The notes under the pieces were generated by a model, which was not told the DNA's origin, ran no database searches, and saw only the letters and a list, made by a program, of their open reading frames with translations. 64,000 bases of DNA from a virus. The stretch spans positions 54,221 through 118,220 of the IMG/VR virus record IMGVR_UViG_3300047322_000252, one strand, 5' to 3'. The first letter of the stretch is position 1; every line of letters starts with the position of its first letter. The position numbers and the translations under genes are program-made. This document shows, piece after piece, positions 63,319 to 64,000 of the stretch.

Positions 63319-63964
63319 GGCCGTTCTCACCATCGACTGCGACGGCAACGTAGCCCTCGTGGTCACCAACAACACCACCCAGGGCTTCACCGGCCAGTAC
63401 GCCACCGCATCCTCGTGGATCGGTGACGCCAGCGTGGCCGCTGGTGCATCACGCACCATCACCGCCCACATCAACGGCCTGAACCCCACGGTGGCGGGCT
63501 ACGTGCGGGGCAAGCTGGACGATGGCACGCCGGTCAGTACCACGTTCAGCGGGACCAAGGAAGGCACCTGCGCTCCGTACATTCCACCGACCACGGTGGT
63601 GGACCTGACGCCCAAGCCGGTGCCTACCACGACACCCGGTCAGACCGTCGTCTACTGCCAGGTGCCTGGGTCCAACCCGCCCATGAGCGTGCCTTGTGAT
63701 GACCCCAGGGCCACGCAGCCGTACCAGCCCCCTACCACCGCCCCTGTTGTCACAACGCCTGTCACAGAGGCACCTGTGGCGTCTGAGGCCCCTGTGGTGG
63801 TCACTGGCCCGCCCCGCACGCACCAAGCTGTGGTGCATGCCGTCCCCGCAACACTCCCGGCGACGGGTCCTGTTCTTCTCGGACCCGAACTGGCGATTGC
63901 CGGACTATGCGCAGCCATCGGCGCTGCCTTCATTCGACTCACTCATCGACGTGCCAACCCCTGA
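63308..63964 (+). CDS. Pro/Thr-rich protein with LPXTG sortase-type anchor
   Basis: LPATG followed by a hydrophobic helix and RLTHRR basic tail. Confidence 0.7.
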   Translation: MAVEAVLTIDCDGNVALVVTNNTTQGFTGQYATASSWIGDASVAAGASRTITAHINGLNPTVAGYVRGKLDDGTPVSTTFSGTKEGTCAPYIPPTTVVDLTPKPVPTTTPGQTVVYCQVPGSNPPMSVPCDDPRATQPYQPPTTAPVVTTPVTEAPVASEAPVVVTGPPRTHQAVVHAVPATLPATGPVLLGPELAIAGLCAAIGAAFIRLTHRRANP

Positions 63965-64000
63965 CAAGGAAGATCCCCATGCCCTCTGGAAGCCTCCCCC

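Larger units (their letters stand above)
138..63757. repeat. Dispersed 13-bp palindromic motif A, consensus TGTTGT-N-ACAACA (>60 degenerate copies)
   Basis: Examples: 138, 4024, 8471, 18967, 32951, 37570, 37867, 40858, 41134, 52549, 63745. Confidence 0.9.
1..64000. mobile_element. Segment of a contractile-tailed bacteriophage genome (probable actinobacterial host)
   Basis: Baseplate J, gp25, hub, spike, tail fibres, endolysin and a phage-type replication module; dense overlapping ORFs (ATGA/GTGA/TGATG junctions); no host housekeeping genes. Confidence 0.95.

Noticed and set aside
138-63757. Dispersed 13-bp repeats as a CRISPR array or as E. coli matS / actinobacterial parS sites
   Set aside because: They are not regularly spaced with spacers, and the sequence differs from matS (GTGACRNYGTCAC) and parS (GTTTCACGTGAAAC)

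Overview
The whole window is part of a high-GC tailed bacteriophage genome with a contractile (myovirus-type) tail. The host is probably an actinobacterium, plausibly Acidimicrobiia. I see no integrase, host housekeeping genes, RNA genes or CRISPR array. Gene order: (1) 1-8.7 kb, end of the tape-measure/lytic transglycosylase gene and the baseplate module; (2) 10-31.6 kb, replication and recombination genes (DnaC-like ATPase, DnaB helicase, primase, SNF2 helicase, gp32-like SSB, family A polymerase, RecA, Cas4-like exonuclease, two resolvases, a 2H phosphoesterase), interrupted by a host-like secreted sugar dehydrogenase gene on the opposite strand; (3) 31.6-41.4 kb, a displaced spike and tail-fibre cluster; (4) 41.4-53.2 kb, endolysin, holin candidate and many small genes, four of which share an N-terminal leader; (5) 53-64 kb, accessory genes (DUF3987-like, a divergent vWA/MoxR pair, Ku, half a glycosyltransferase, a glycoside hydrolase, a wHTH protein and an LPXTG protein). 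The strongest unexplained signal is two AT-rich 13-bp motifs written throughout the window, mostly inside coding sequence. Motif A is a degenerate palindrome, TGTTGT-N-ACAACA, with about 46 copies at <=2 mismatches and more than 60 counting weaker ones. Motif B is the near-invariant CATTGACAYTGAC, with 13 exact and 3 near copies. Many genes also appear to be transcribed leaderless. All product calls come from motifs recognised by eye, and motif counts are manual.
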